Shown here one piece after another: positions 12,801 through 25,502 of a DNA stretch of 64,000 bases (position 1 is the stretch's first letter; every line of letters starts with the position of its first letter). Source of the DNA: Hormiphora californensis (Eukaryota; Animalia; Ctenophora); the NCBI GenBank assembly GCA_020137815.1, contig CM035356.1:7750001-7814000 (forward strand). Reading direction: 5' to 3'. Made by a program: the position numbers and the translations under genes. The notes beneath the pieces are model-generated. The model made no database searches and was not told the origin of the DNA. It saw only the letters and a program-made list of their open reading frames with translations.

Positions 12801-15800
12801 TCCGTTAGAGCGATCACTTTTGAGTAATTCTCCGCTACTCCCGTCCTTTCCCTGTATGGGGGGGGGGGGGGTGTGTGGCCTGGGTGGGGTTTTAAACCAC
12901 TCCCATCATTCCTCTCACTTAGCTCCCACTTAGTCGGCCTATATTTTATCACGCCACAGTCCCCCACACGTGTTTCCCGAATTGAGCAGTACAAAAAAAG
13001 GAGGATGGAGGGTTAACCCCTTGCTTAGCCTTTTCCTCAGACTCCACCCGAAACAGGGGGGGCCGGGGGGGGGGGAGGGCTTCTACACATATATGAGGAA
13101 GTGTTACTAATTAGTAATTACCTGGAGGTAACGGTAAGAACAAAACTTTCATCGAGATGATGTGTTCCCCGGATCAGACCATAGAGGGTTCCCTGACCAT
13201 TCACTACCGTCACATTTAGGTACCTATTTGTACAGGGGGGGGGGGTAGAGGGAGAGGAGCTAGGGGATCAAGTTGTTGTAGTTGGAGGGAGAGGAGCTAT
13301 AGCTATTATATGGATCAAGTGGGGCCAGGGGCGGGGAGTAATCCACCGTGTAAGATACGAAAAGGAGAGCATCACTATTATAATTCACTGATTGTTTTAC
13401 CGGTTGGAGTGGTTATCAAAGAATGCCTTGCCAAAGAAATCTTCGAAACTTGGTGTCGAGAACTCCTGGGTCACAACCATCACACCTCTCAGGACTATAT
13501 TTATTGTCACCCTGGGAAACCTGGAACATGTGTCAGATAAAATCCAGGGAAACCTGGAACATGTGTCAGATAAAATCCTGGGAAACCTGGAACATGTGTC
13601 AGATAAAATCCTGGGAAACCTGGAACATGTGTCAAATAAAATCCTGGGAAACCTGGAACATGTGTCAGATAAAATCCTGGGAAACCTGGAACATGTGTCA
13701 GATAAAATCCAGGGAAACCTGGAACATGTGTCAGATAAAATCCAGGGAAACCTGGAACATGTGTCAGATAAAATCCTGGGAAACCTGGAACATTTGTCAG
13801 ATAAAATCCTGGGAAACCTGGAACATGTGTCAGATAAAATCCTGGGAAACCTGGAACATGTGTCAGATAAAATCCTGGGAAACCTGGAACATGTGTCAGA
13901 TAAAATCCTGGGAAACCTGGAACATGTGTCAGATAAAATCCTGGGAAACCTGGAACATTTGTCAGATAAAATCCTGGGAAACCTGGAACATGTGTCAGAT
14001 AAAACCCTGGGAAACCTGGAACATGTGTCAGATAAAACCCTGGGAAACCTGGAACATGTGTCAGATAAAATCCTGGGAAACCTGGAACATGTGTCAGATA
14101 AAATCCAGGGAAACCTGGAACATGTGTCAGATAAAATCCTGGGAAACCTGGAACATGTGTCAGATAAAACCCTGGGAAACCTGGAACATGTGTCAGATAA
14201 AATCCTGGGAAACCTGGAACATGTGTCAGATAAAATCCTGGGAAACCTGGAACATGTGTCAGATAAAATCCTGGGAAACCTGGAACATGTGTCAGATAAA
14301 ATCCTGGGAAACCTGGAACATGTGTCAGATAAGATCCTGGGAAACCTGGAACATAAGTCAGATAAAATCCTGGGAAACCTGGAACATGTGTCAGATAAAA
14401 TCCTGGGAAACCTGGAACATGTGTCAGATAAGATCCTGGGAAACCTGGAACATAAGTCAGATAAAATCCTGAGAAACCTGGAACATGTGTCAGATAAGAT
14501 CTGGTGAAATATTTTATACCTCTTTTATACGCAAACACAGTACACCCAAACACAGGAAAGTGGACAATATAATTGTTTTCTTGTACAAGCTCAGTTTAGC
14601 ATCAGGCACTATACCTATGTTATTATTATGAACAGCACTTACTGGTTGTACTTTACAGAGACCGTCCTTTGGATGTTGTCCCTGACAGGCAGACTTGATG
14701 GAAGATGCGTGGAAATCTGTTACATCACGTGAATCTCTATCTATACGCTCCTCTTTCAGAGCAGAAAATGTAACTTCTGCCTCACTACTTCCACAATTCT
14801 CAACCTGACAAGCGACAGACGATGAGAGAGAGATAGAGAGAGAGGGGAGAGAGAGAGGGGGAAGAAAGAACGTGCTAAAAGCGTGACAGGTTACTTAGAA
14901 AAAGGGGAAGTTCACTAAATGAAGCTTTTTGAGCTCTTTCTGAAATTATATGGCGAGGTTGTCTTAACATGCACCTTTCATATAAAGCTCTATTTCTGTT
15001 ATACCCATGAATTGTAGTACTGTCAGAGCAAATTGGCCTGCAATCAGACCTGATCCCATTATCATTTCTTCAAATGAACCGCGATGGTCAGAGCGCTGGC
15101 CTGACAGTGCTAGTACCCTAATTATGCCCCTTCAGTTCTTCGCCCTATAAAAGGTGCATTCTTCTATTGAATATTGATAACTTTGGGGGAGATTGCTTTT
15201 CGATCACATCAAAGCTAGGAGAGACCTCTTTATGTTATAATGAACCTCTGTTTTGTTGTAATGAACCTCTATTTATTTTTTTATGTTTGTAAATTTACCC
15301 CTGAGGTTTCAGGGTTCATTGACGGTTATTCCAGTTGTTTTTCAGTGCTCTTCTTATTAAACTTACATTGACATCAAAGGCTTGCTTGACTTGCTGTGCA
15401 TCAAACTCTCTCCTCCCCGAATCCCTGATCTTGTACCATCCCAATTTAGTGATATCCCATTCTTCTAGGGAATTAACGTCAAGATTCGTCCTCACATCCT
15501 CCTCATTGGCAATACCAAAGTACCTACAGAATTGAAATGCTGTTATGATTCAGAGAGAGTACCTACCTACAATTTAATTTAAACGCTGTTATGATTCAAG
15601 TTTCAGATTTTGGATTTTAGATTTTAGCTGGAAAATTCAGGAACTTTCTGACTCCTAGGCGGGGCTAGACTAAAGAGAGATAAGTCATACCAGAGATACC
15701 AGATCTCGAACTGTCAGAGCATTGGCCCTGCCGCGCGAGAACTGTGGTCAGAGCATTGGCCTGACAGATCTCGTAGCATCTGAGAACTCATATATATTGA

Positions 15801-17762
15801 AAGTTTCAAATCGTGATATAATATCAGCCGAGTGTAGTACGACTACGTGGTAGAGAGCTACCCCCCTTATTACCAGAGACTATAACTACTGCAGCAGCAG
15901 CTGCTACGGATCTTCTTACATTTCATTCAGCTTCAAGCTCTATAGCATTCTCTTTGTCTAAGGGCTTGATATAGGCTCGATGTTTAAACTTCTCGTATTT
16001 TTCCTTTTTCTTCTATCTCTATATCTATTATTCATTTCATTTTAACTCTTTTTCACTCTCTTTTTCCTGCTGACATTTAGATTAAACTCTCACGTCATAT
16101 TTATTCGCGTCAATTTAAGTTCTTAAACATTGCTATAAACCGATTGATTTTTCAAAAAGGCATTTAAATATGGCATGAAAATAACACATACAGAATTGCA
16201 ATCCTGCATGTGTCATTTTCATGCCTGAATGAAACTATAGTCAACACCTGGAGTTGCCCTGCATGGTTACCACGGCAACAACAACATCTGGTTACCATGG
16301 CAACAACAACATGGTTACCATGACAACAAAATGGTTACCATGGCAACAACAACATGGTTACCATGGCAACAACAACTCCACTACTTACCATCCATCAGGG
16401 ATGTTGTTAACATTTCCAAGGCTATCAAAGGAAATATTTTCGATTACATCATCGTCAATCAATGGAAACATCGTACCTTAGTGGGAAATTTAGTTTAGTT
16501 AGAGAGAGAGTCTTCTTTTACCTTCTCGAAGCTTCGAGCTTTTATTTGATTTGGTATATTTTCTAGAAATTAATCATAGCTGGTGATTTGATTGAAAGTT
16601 TGTGCACATTTAAAAGTATAAGATTGTGACAGATTGTGCAATTATGGTTCCACAGAATTCGAAAAAAAGAGATCTCTCATCCATGCCCGGTTTGAAACTC
16701 ATACTATTCGTATTGAATTGTACTTGCAGTTGTAGTTTTGAGAGGTAACTTCCCGGGGAAATTATTGTCATTTGTAATTATATCATTAATTCATATCACT
16801 ACATATCATTATTAATTCATTTTAATTAACTTTAATTAACTTACTGCCACTAAATAAGTTGTGAATCTGTGTATCAGTGGCACCGTCTCGTGTGCTGATA
16901 GTAAAGCTACCCCGAACTGACACGTCAGACAACTCGAAGGCCTTGTAAACCACCTCTCCGCTCTGTTTCACTCGCACTGAGCAGCACACCTGTGTTGAAT
17001 TGTTAATTTTATTGATTTAGTACCATGTTAGGTCATTGTTTAATTGTACTTTCAATTAATTCAATTACATGTTATAATTGGGCACTATAGCTATAGGGTC
17101 TCACTGGGCATTGCGCCCCTCTGATCACATATACCACCTAGTATTTTGGTCTATAATTGATATGTTTCATGAAACCGTGCAGCTACTAGCTAGTATTCTA
17201 TGTAGTATAGAGCTGATTTCAGAGATAGATTTCAGAGAATTTGTATGTGGTTAACTGATTTACTGATTTATTGGAAATGATCGGAGAGGGAGTTATACAG
17301 GTGTTACCATGATCATTAGGGGGAGCAGCAGCTGTTGTGGGTTGTTAGAGGGGGGGGGGGGGTGTGATGATTTCAGGTGCAGATCTATCTATCTGATATA
17401 AAGCTGTGCAAATAACTGATTTCACAGCCGAACACAGAGAGCATGCAATTAGGAACCTATAGAAAGACTTGCCCAAATTAGGGGGTTACAGAGAAAAGTG
17501 TGGGGTAGTTAATTAATTAATTGATCAGTTGATCGATGGATAGATCTTATACAATGTGCAAACGACCAAACTCGTCACTCGAGATACACACTTACATCTG
17601 CGTCTCCAAGCTGTGACTGAAAACCACACCCAATAGTGCTCTGTCCCTGTTTGTAGACGTTGTAGCAGTGGGTGGTTGATCCCCCGTCCACTCTACAACT
17701 ATCACGCTCAGGATAGCAGTGCTTTTCTGCCATAGGGCAGTCACATATGCATTGAACCTTGG

Positions 17763-17826
<64 letters not shown>

Positions 17827-17987
17827 GAGAGAGAGCGACTAGATGACTACGAAATTTAGATATACGATAGCGCTCGCAGATCCTCTCTCGCTCTCGCTCT
17901 CTCCTTCGCTTATCTCTCTCTTCTCTCTCTCTCTCTTTTCTCGCTGCGCTCTCCTTCTCTCGCTTCTCTCTCTCTCTCTCTCTCTCG

Positions 17988-18019
<32 letters not shown>

Positions 18020-18900
18020 CCTCTCTCTCCTCTCTCTCTTCTCTCTCTCTCTCCTCTGCCGCTCTGCTCCTCTGCCAGCTCTTTACCTCACCCTGTCACT
18101 AATTCCTCTGCTCCCCTCTTGAATACAATAGTCAATGTGTAATAAATTCTAACTAACTGCTCCCGGGAACTGCGTGGGTGAAATGGTAGGTATTTTTAAA
18201 ATTGTAAATTCCTTCTACACTATCGAACGTGAACTGATAGCTTTTCCCCTCGGATCCCTGAAAGTGTCATGATTAGAAACATTGACTTGAGTCTTGACTA
18301 GATTATTTGCTATATTAGCACATTTGTCAATATTAGTCCCCTTCATATATCTTTGGGGGGGACGGCTATAATTTTCCATATTTAAAACCCCCATAGGCCC
18401 CCACTACTTAGAAGATCATTTTCAAAACTTTTAACGTCGGGAGGGGGGGGGTTAAAGAAGCCAAGATTTAAGTGATTAAAACCCCCCTTTAAACCCCCCC
18501 ACACCATCTTTTCCTTTTATCCCCCTCCCCTACTAAACAGGTAATACTCTTTTGACCCTCTAACACCCATTTTTACAAACTTGTGAGGTCCCCTATTTGT
18601 TATACCCCTTATTTTAACAAAAACCTTTTACATCTTTTTTGCGATCGGGGTGTCCCAAAGTTCCCACCTACCACTTGTGGATCCATCACAGTAAAACAAG
18701 CCGTTTCCCCCGTTCCCACATCAAATGATACTATTGTTTCCGTTTCCCCCCTTTTTGCCGCTCTCGGTCATAACCAAGTTTGTTTTAATACTTTAAAAAA
18801 AAAAAACCATACTCCAGCACAAAACGCCCGGCCCGTTTGCTACCTGCCATCCGAAATATAGGTTTTTTTACCATAACCCTTTCCTGGGCAGTTTTCCCGA
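9840..18900 (-). CDS. EFF-1/AFF-1 (FF family) fusexin, class II cell-cell fusogen; exons ~18790-18672, 18257-18158, 17757-17596, 16989-16845, 16476-16389, 15523-15367, 14804-14643, 13520-13401, 13223-13122, 12851-12748, 10963-9840; 5' end unresolved
   Basis: FF-type motifs occur in order: SFDVGTGETACFTV, YHFTHAVP, VQCICDCP..CY..QSTIGC..VCCSV, VNSLEEWDITKLGWYK, VNVENC, DNHSNRYLNVTVVNGQGTLYG, WAKYLNPVEWFGGI, then a TM helix and a Cys/basic juxtamembrane segment. Intron phases chain correctly apart from apparent indels near 14687 and in the noisy ~18.2-18.8 kb sequence. Confidence 0.85.
12417..12728. mobile_element. Tc1/pogo-type MITE (cagtcgg...gatttacc family)
   Basis: Inverted ends tcggaccccgatttac / gtaaatcgggctccgactg; a related copy with TA flanks lies at ~56023-56159. 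Confidence 0.6.
13511..14500 (-). repeat. 33-bp tandem array (~30 copies) made of the fusogen 3' splice site plus exon start
   Basis: Minus-strand unit attttatctgacacatgttccAG|Gtttcccagg; the last copy continues into exon 13520-13401. Confidence 0.92.
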
Positions 18901-20337
18901 CTGTGTGTGTAGAATTGAAAAAAAAAAACAAAAACGGACCCCTGTTTCATGGGCTGCTATTTTTTTTATTGCGACTAAGTTAATTTAAAAAAAACACCTT
19001 TCCCGAAAATTTTTTTTTCTTTTTTTTCGCGGTGCACTTTCTTAAAACTTTTTTTTTATTCTGGTACAAATTACCATACATAACACAGGGCGGTGCGTAA
19101 CACATGTGCGTATTGTGTAATAGTCTGTCTGTCACGGAAACAGTATTCTCCCTGAAAACTTAAAGAATAGCACTGACCCAGCTGATACCTGAGGTCATTT
19201 ATTGTTTAATAGCCGTGACCTGAACCTGAGATTCTGTTTTCCCCTATAATGTCCTCTATCACTACGATCACGTAGTTTGAGATTATTGAATTAGAGAACT
19301 ATCGAATGGATCCCGGCCCATACAGCTGCTAAATTGCTGCCATTTGGTTCTTTGCCAAGGGGATTCCGACACGCGAACACAAAAGAGAAAGGGGAGGGGG
19401 AATATTGGATTAAAGAATATATACCCTGCTAACTTAAATAATGCGCCAGTGGCGAGAAGTCCCACTAGCGCGCTCTCAGTAAACAGCCAGTCCAGCGGCA
19501 GATTATTTCCCACTGGCAGGTTATTTATTTTTAACTCCTACGTAACATTCAAAGTGTGTGTAAATGATCAGTTCTTAATAAAATACAGAGGGAACACTAT
19601 GTGCAACACTTACACACTACATTGGAGAGAAAGAAAGGACACATTCCGTCAATTACTCTCTCTTTATCTCCCCTTTTGTCTCACTATCTCTTTCTCTGTG
19701 TTATTTGTGACATGCCCCTTATCAGGCTATTTCTTTCACTCTCTTTCCTTAGCAACTGCTTAGTAACTGTTACCAAACAGTGTACACTCAATTGTGACGT
19801 GTTTTTAACTATTTCTCAGTTCTCTTTGTGTGTTTTGATTAGTGTTCTCTCTCTTGTTGGTGTGTAATACTTGAAATAAACAACTAAAGCAGGGTATATA
19901 ACCCATAAACTCTGACCACTGGCACGTTATAGGTTTAAACCCCTCCGCCTCTCCCTCGGCTCCACCTCGGGATCGTCGTCGTGATTTAAACCAGTTTATC
20001 CGCCAGCGGCGGATAAACTCCAGCTAACTTCTCCCAGCGGCGCGCTGGGAGAAAGTTATCTGAAATAACGCGCCAGTGGCTAGAGTTTATGCCTCATATA
20101 TCTGGAGACAGAGAGAAATAGAGAGCTATAATAGAGAGGAAAGGGAGCCGATCAATTCCAATCAGCCGAAGGCGAGGCCGGAGGGGCCATTAAAATGTAA
20201 AGTGGCTTGGTTTGTAGTTTTTTTACGAGAGATCTACAGTCTACACTAACAGCTTTACATTTATTCATTGGGCAAACCAATTTACCATCCTAAAATGCAC
20301 GAGGGGGTACGTGGGGGTGCTCCTCTGCTGCTCCGTC

Positions 20338-20555
20338 AGAGATAGAAAGAGAGGGAGATAGAAAGAGAGGGAGATAGAAAGAGAGGGAGATAGAAAGAGA
20401 GAGAGAGAGAGACAGAAAGAGATCAGGGAGATAGAAAGAGAGGGAGATAGAAAGAGAGGGAGATAGAAAGAGAGGGAGATAGAAAGAGAGGGAGATAGAA
20501 AGAGAGGGAGATAGAAAGAGAGGGAGATAGAAAGAGAGGGAGATAGAAAGAGAGC
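20338..20555. repeat. 16-bp purine-rich minisatellite (gagggagatagaaaga)n
   Basis: About 12 units, directly visible. Confidence 0.85.
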
Positions 20556-20659
20556 TGGAGAGCTGCAGCAGCAGTAGTAGTGATCATATAGCTGCAGTGT
20601 TTAATTTGTTACCGCTGGTGCCAACGAGTGCACCTGTAATGTAAATCTCATATCTTTCC

Positions 20660-20840
<181 letters not shown>

Positions 20841-22681
20841 TCTCTCTTTTCCTCTCACTCTCTCTCTCGCCCCTCTCTCTATCCTTGTCTCTCGCATTCT
20901 TTTCCTCTCTCCTCGCCTAACGGCCTAATCCCTTCACCATATCAACCGGCTGCTCTCTGCAGTATATTACCAGTTCTCTTTCTGCTTCAATCAATTTCCC
21001 AGGAAAAACCTTGCTTACTCTTGTGGTTTCTCAGTTTCTTGGAAAAACAGATTTCTTAGTATATTATATAAGTTTCTTGCAAGGCATTTACTATAACTAT
21101 TCAATCATGTCCTCTTAATCTCTCATTTTAATGATCTTTGGTTAGAATCTGTCAGAACAATTGCACCATATAGAACATCTTTAGATGTAGGCCAGTAGGT
21201 ATAAAGACAGCGCTTTGGGGCATGCTTCTTTTCTGTACTAAATTACAAGCTTATATATGGGCAATTAGTGATTTGCGGGTGTGTTGCACTGAAATGTGAA
21301 ATACTAAGAAACGAGCTGATGTTACATGGGAGAAGAATATAGAAGGGGGTTATTCCTTAGTCAATTGATAGAACTGCAAAGCAGAACTGGCTATGCAGTC
21401 GGTGGGTATTATAATGGGGAAGGGAGCTGATAGTGATAGTGAGAGAGAGAGAGAGAGAGACTAAAGAGAGCAAGGAGATAGAGACAAAGGTTATACCATA
21501 CAATAACTGTCCGTTGTGTTAGTATAATTGTATCAGTATGGCAGTTTTACGTCCTAATATGATAATTATATACCCAAACGCTTCGAATTGTTTTCCCATA
21601 AAGACCACCGCCATGTTAATGTCTGTGGTGAGCTGAAAGAGATGAAAATAGATTAGCTATAGCGAAGAATGGGGCTTTCAATGATGAAAAAGAGCCCACA
21701 TGATGCATAATGTAAATGAGTGTAGCTATTGCTGTACCTATATTGCTGCAGTAGTTCTTCTTCTTCTTCTACGAGTGCCTGGACAAGGAACTATCGCTGA
21801 TTAGAATTGGGGTGGGGTGGATATGATGGGTGAGGTAGGGCGGATGGGGTAGTGTGGACGGGGTGGGGTAGTGTGGATGGGGTGGGATGGAAATAGGGAG
21901 ATAGAGAGAGAGAGAGGGAACAGTAAATGTCAACCTGAGGTGGATATCTGTTTACCATTGGAAAGGTATCCCTGTAGCAGCCGGAGCATCGTCCTGCACA
22001 ATTACAGAGAGTAGTAAAAAGAGAAAGTAGTGCTTCTATATATAGCACTATAGTGCTCCTCCCTTGAACTTTCTAATAAAATCATTGATGAATTATCTTT
22101 TGAGTAGATCAGATGTAATACAGGTCTTCCTATACTAGCTGCATGTGGTGGAGAGTTTGAACATGTGCAGTAACGTGATACTGACGTTTACACTCTCAAA
22201 TTAGTAGTGCAAATTGCTCCCGTCCCCATCCTGTCCGTTCCCTAGCTCCTTATACCCGATCTACTTTATCAGATACATATGTTGTGAGTTGGCGCTATTT
22301 CTTTTTACTTTACTATAATAGCAATCTCGGGCTTTCTTATGGATCTGCCCTTTAGGATTGCAGTTGGTCTAATTGGACAAAAATAGTGAAATTAGTTTTT
22401 CATCGTGTTTTCATCGATGTGTACAATTCAAGGTCGCCGGTATTTCATTATACCTCGAGACTACTCATGCGCCTCATAAACTTTTTGCCACTCATGCACT
22501 TCAATCTCGCTTAATTAATGAACAGATGCAATTTAATATTTCAACATATTTTAAAATATTTCTGGGTGTTTCTTCTCAATGGTGTCTCGCTCTCTCTTTT
22601 TGTGTAGAATTGGAGTCAGGTGCGGAATTTCTATGTGATCTGTATTATAAAACACTCGCGTCGATCACTTCTTTTCTTTTT

Positions 22682-22841
<160 letters not shown>

Positions 22842-24779
22842 TAATGCATTTTGGGCTGCTGGGTCTTTCTTTCATTCACTTGCTTCGCTGGACCTAGATT
22901 TAACTATTAACTTACACTTCCGTTTCTCACATATAATTTGACCATAATCGTCTTCGCAGTCTTTTTAGTGGTCCTTCAGAACTTCTTTGATATTAACAAG
23001 ATATACAACGATATAATGGTACTAAATCAAATAAATTGACAGAAGCTTTCGAGGTCACTGTGTATCACGTCTTCAGCTCTTTCGAGATCACTGTGTATCA
23101 CGTCTTCAGCTCTTTGATATCTCTCTAATGCTCTCTAATGCTCTCTCTAATGCTGCTATTGGATCACATATATCTTGGTTAATAGACATCTATCAAGTGT
23201 CACGTATCTCATCAGTATCATTCCTGTATTGAACGTTGCATTAGGGACAGCCACACCCCTGCAGTTAACTGTAAGATCTTCTTAAGAACCAGTTTCCATT
23301 ATAATGGACTCTCCCGCACTGAGAACTCGGAACACGTGCCCATTTTCTCAAAAAGGCAAAAGCAGCTAGAATATGATGAGCATTGAGCCATGTGTTGAAC
23401 TTCTTGTGGATACCTTGTACACAAGCGCTATAATACTGAGTGTTGATCAGTGTATAGGTAATGAGTGTATTATAGGTCCATGTATCATATCTGTGCTTTG
23501 TAGAATTGTATTACAATTTCACACACAATGATCTACTAATATTCGTATTTCGTGACATTTTCTGTTGTAAGTGGAGCGAGAAGAGTGATCTAGTGATTTA
23601 CAATCATCACACATTTTCTCTGCAGGGTATTATTCCACATACTCATACCGCGGTTGTAGGTGATTAATTATTACACGCATACCCACGTACCGCTCCCTAT
23701 TCTGTCTCTAACTATGTAGGGTGTGCCGAACCGAGATACCACGATCAGTATGCTTATAGCCCTACAAGGGTACCTATAGGTCCTTGCCCTCCCCTTGAGC
23801 AATGAGCAACCTATACAGGCTGGGGTTTCCAGCCCAACCACATTCCTTAGTTCTACTATTGTTTTTTTCATGTTGCGGCCCCCTCGTGTAATATTGTACA
23901 CATGTATAATTGTTTGAATCCACTCATGTGTAGTAGTCTTTTGTTCACATAGAAGCTTTCAGTAACTTTGTGCATCGTGTGTTGTATCATTTTATAACAA
24001 TATTTCTAACAAAAGTTGTAGCAATATTAAAAAATTTTCAGCACGATAAATCAGCATTGACAAATATTTGATCATGTAAATTTTTCTCGAATGTATTTCA
24101 TATCACTAGTAAACCCGTTCGCCCTACGGGCGAATTTCGGGGAACTGGTATTGGCAGCTGGATTAGGGAACACTGACATCATCAGTCTAACTAATGACAT
24201 GCACTATCCCATCTTAAGTTACGGTACCGTAGAAGGAGCTCAAGCGGGATCGCTGCGAGTTTCTGGTTTCAGAACGTCAGATGATGATCAGGCGATCAAA
24301 GTTATAAAAGAACTTACTATTTCGTCTGTTTGCAGTATTCATCTGCCTTAATCTCTGAGATTGATCATCGGTTCTGTTTAACCTCTAACGTCTTGTTCGT
24401 TCTCTCTGGACTTCTTTTGGTGTTGCTGCATTTAAACCCCTCGGTGTATAATGGAAAAGTAGAGAATGGCGGTGAGATCTTGCGTGAATAACTCCAACTG
24501 TCGCTGTCGTATATCAACAGTTGTTGAAGAGAGCATATTAGCTGGAACAGTGACACAAACTAAAGCAAGATCAAATGCACGTGCACGTGCAGTATAGTAG
24601 CAACAGCCATTGGCAACGGCTCCGACCCCTGGCCCCACGCCAATAGTACTCCACAGTCCACCTCTAAACCTGCACGTGCTAAATGCCATATAAGGTAAAA
24701 AACGTCACACAGGATTTCCCTATTTGCTTTAATAATAGTATGATGTCGGCATGTCACCTTTATCTTAGAATTCTCAGCT

Positions 24780-25485
24780 TTGTATTGCCCCTTATCACAT
24801 GTGTATTGCCCCTTATCACATGTGTATTGTCCCTTATCACATGTGTATTGCCCCTTATCACATGTGTATTGCCCCTTATCACATGTGTATTGCCCCTTAT
24901 CACATGAGTATTGCCCCTTATCACATGTGTATTGCCCCTTATCACATGTGTATTGCCCCTTATTACATTTGGATCCATCGCATCCTATTCTCGCTGCGCG
25001 AATAATATGTGATATAATATATATAATAATAATATAATATAATAATAAGATGTGAGATCGATCTCGGTCGCTGCGCGACCTCGATCTCACTCAGGCAGCA
25101 ATGTGGCCAATTATTACATGTGTATTGCCCCTTATCACATGTGTATTGCCCCTTATCACATGTGTATTGTCCCAATTATCACATGTGTATTGCCCCTTAT
25201 CACATGTGTATTGCCCCTTATCACATGTGTATTGCCCCTTATCACATGTGTATTGCCCCTTATCACATGTGTATTGCCCCTTATCACATGAGTATTGCCC
25301 CTTATCACATGTGTATTGCCCCTTATCACATGTGTATTGCCCCTTATCACATGTGTATTGCCCCTTATCACATGTGTATTGTCCCTTATCACATGTGTAT
25401 TGCCCCTTATCACATGTGTATTGCCCCTTATCACATGTGTATTGCCCCTTATCACATGTGTATTGCCCCTTATCACATGTGTATT
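24780..25485. repeat. 21-bp minisatellite (tgtattgccccttatcacatg)n in two blocks, 24780-24965 and 25112-25485
   Basis: About 9 + 18 units separated by a ~145-bp spacer; ends immediately before an AG upstream of the ATG at 25503. Confidence 0.92.
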
Positions 25486-25502
25486 CAGTTGTAGCATGAA
25501 CT

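Noticed and set aside
13392-14553. Long repetitive ORFs (GNLEHVSDKIL, SWETWNMCQIK, FYLTHVPGFPG)
   Set aside because: By-products of a stop-free 33-bp intronic array, not independent genes.
9840-18900. Endogenous bunyavirus Gc or retrotransposon env
   Set aside because: At least 10 spliceosomal introns, FF-type motifs and no viral or LTR context favour a cellular fusexin.
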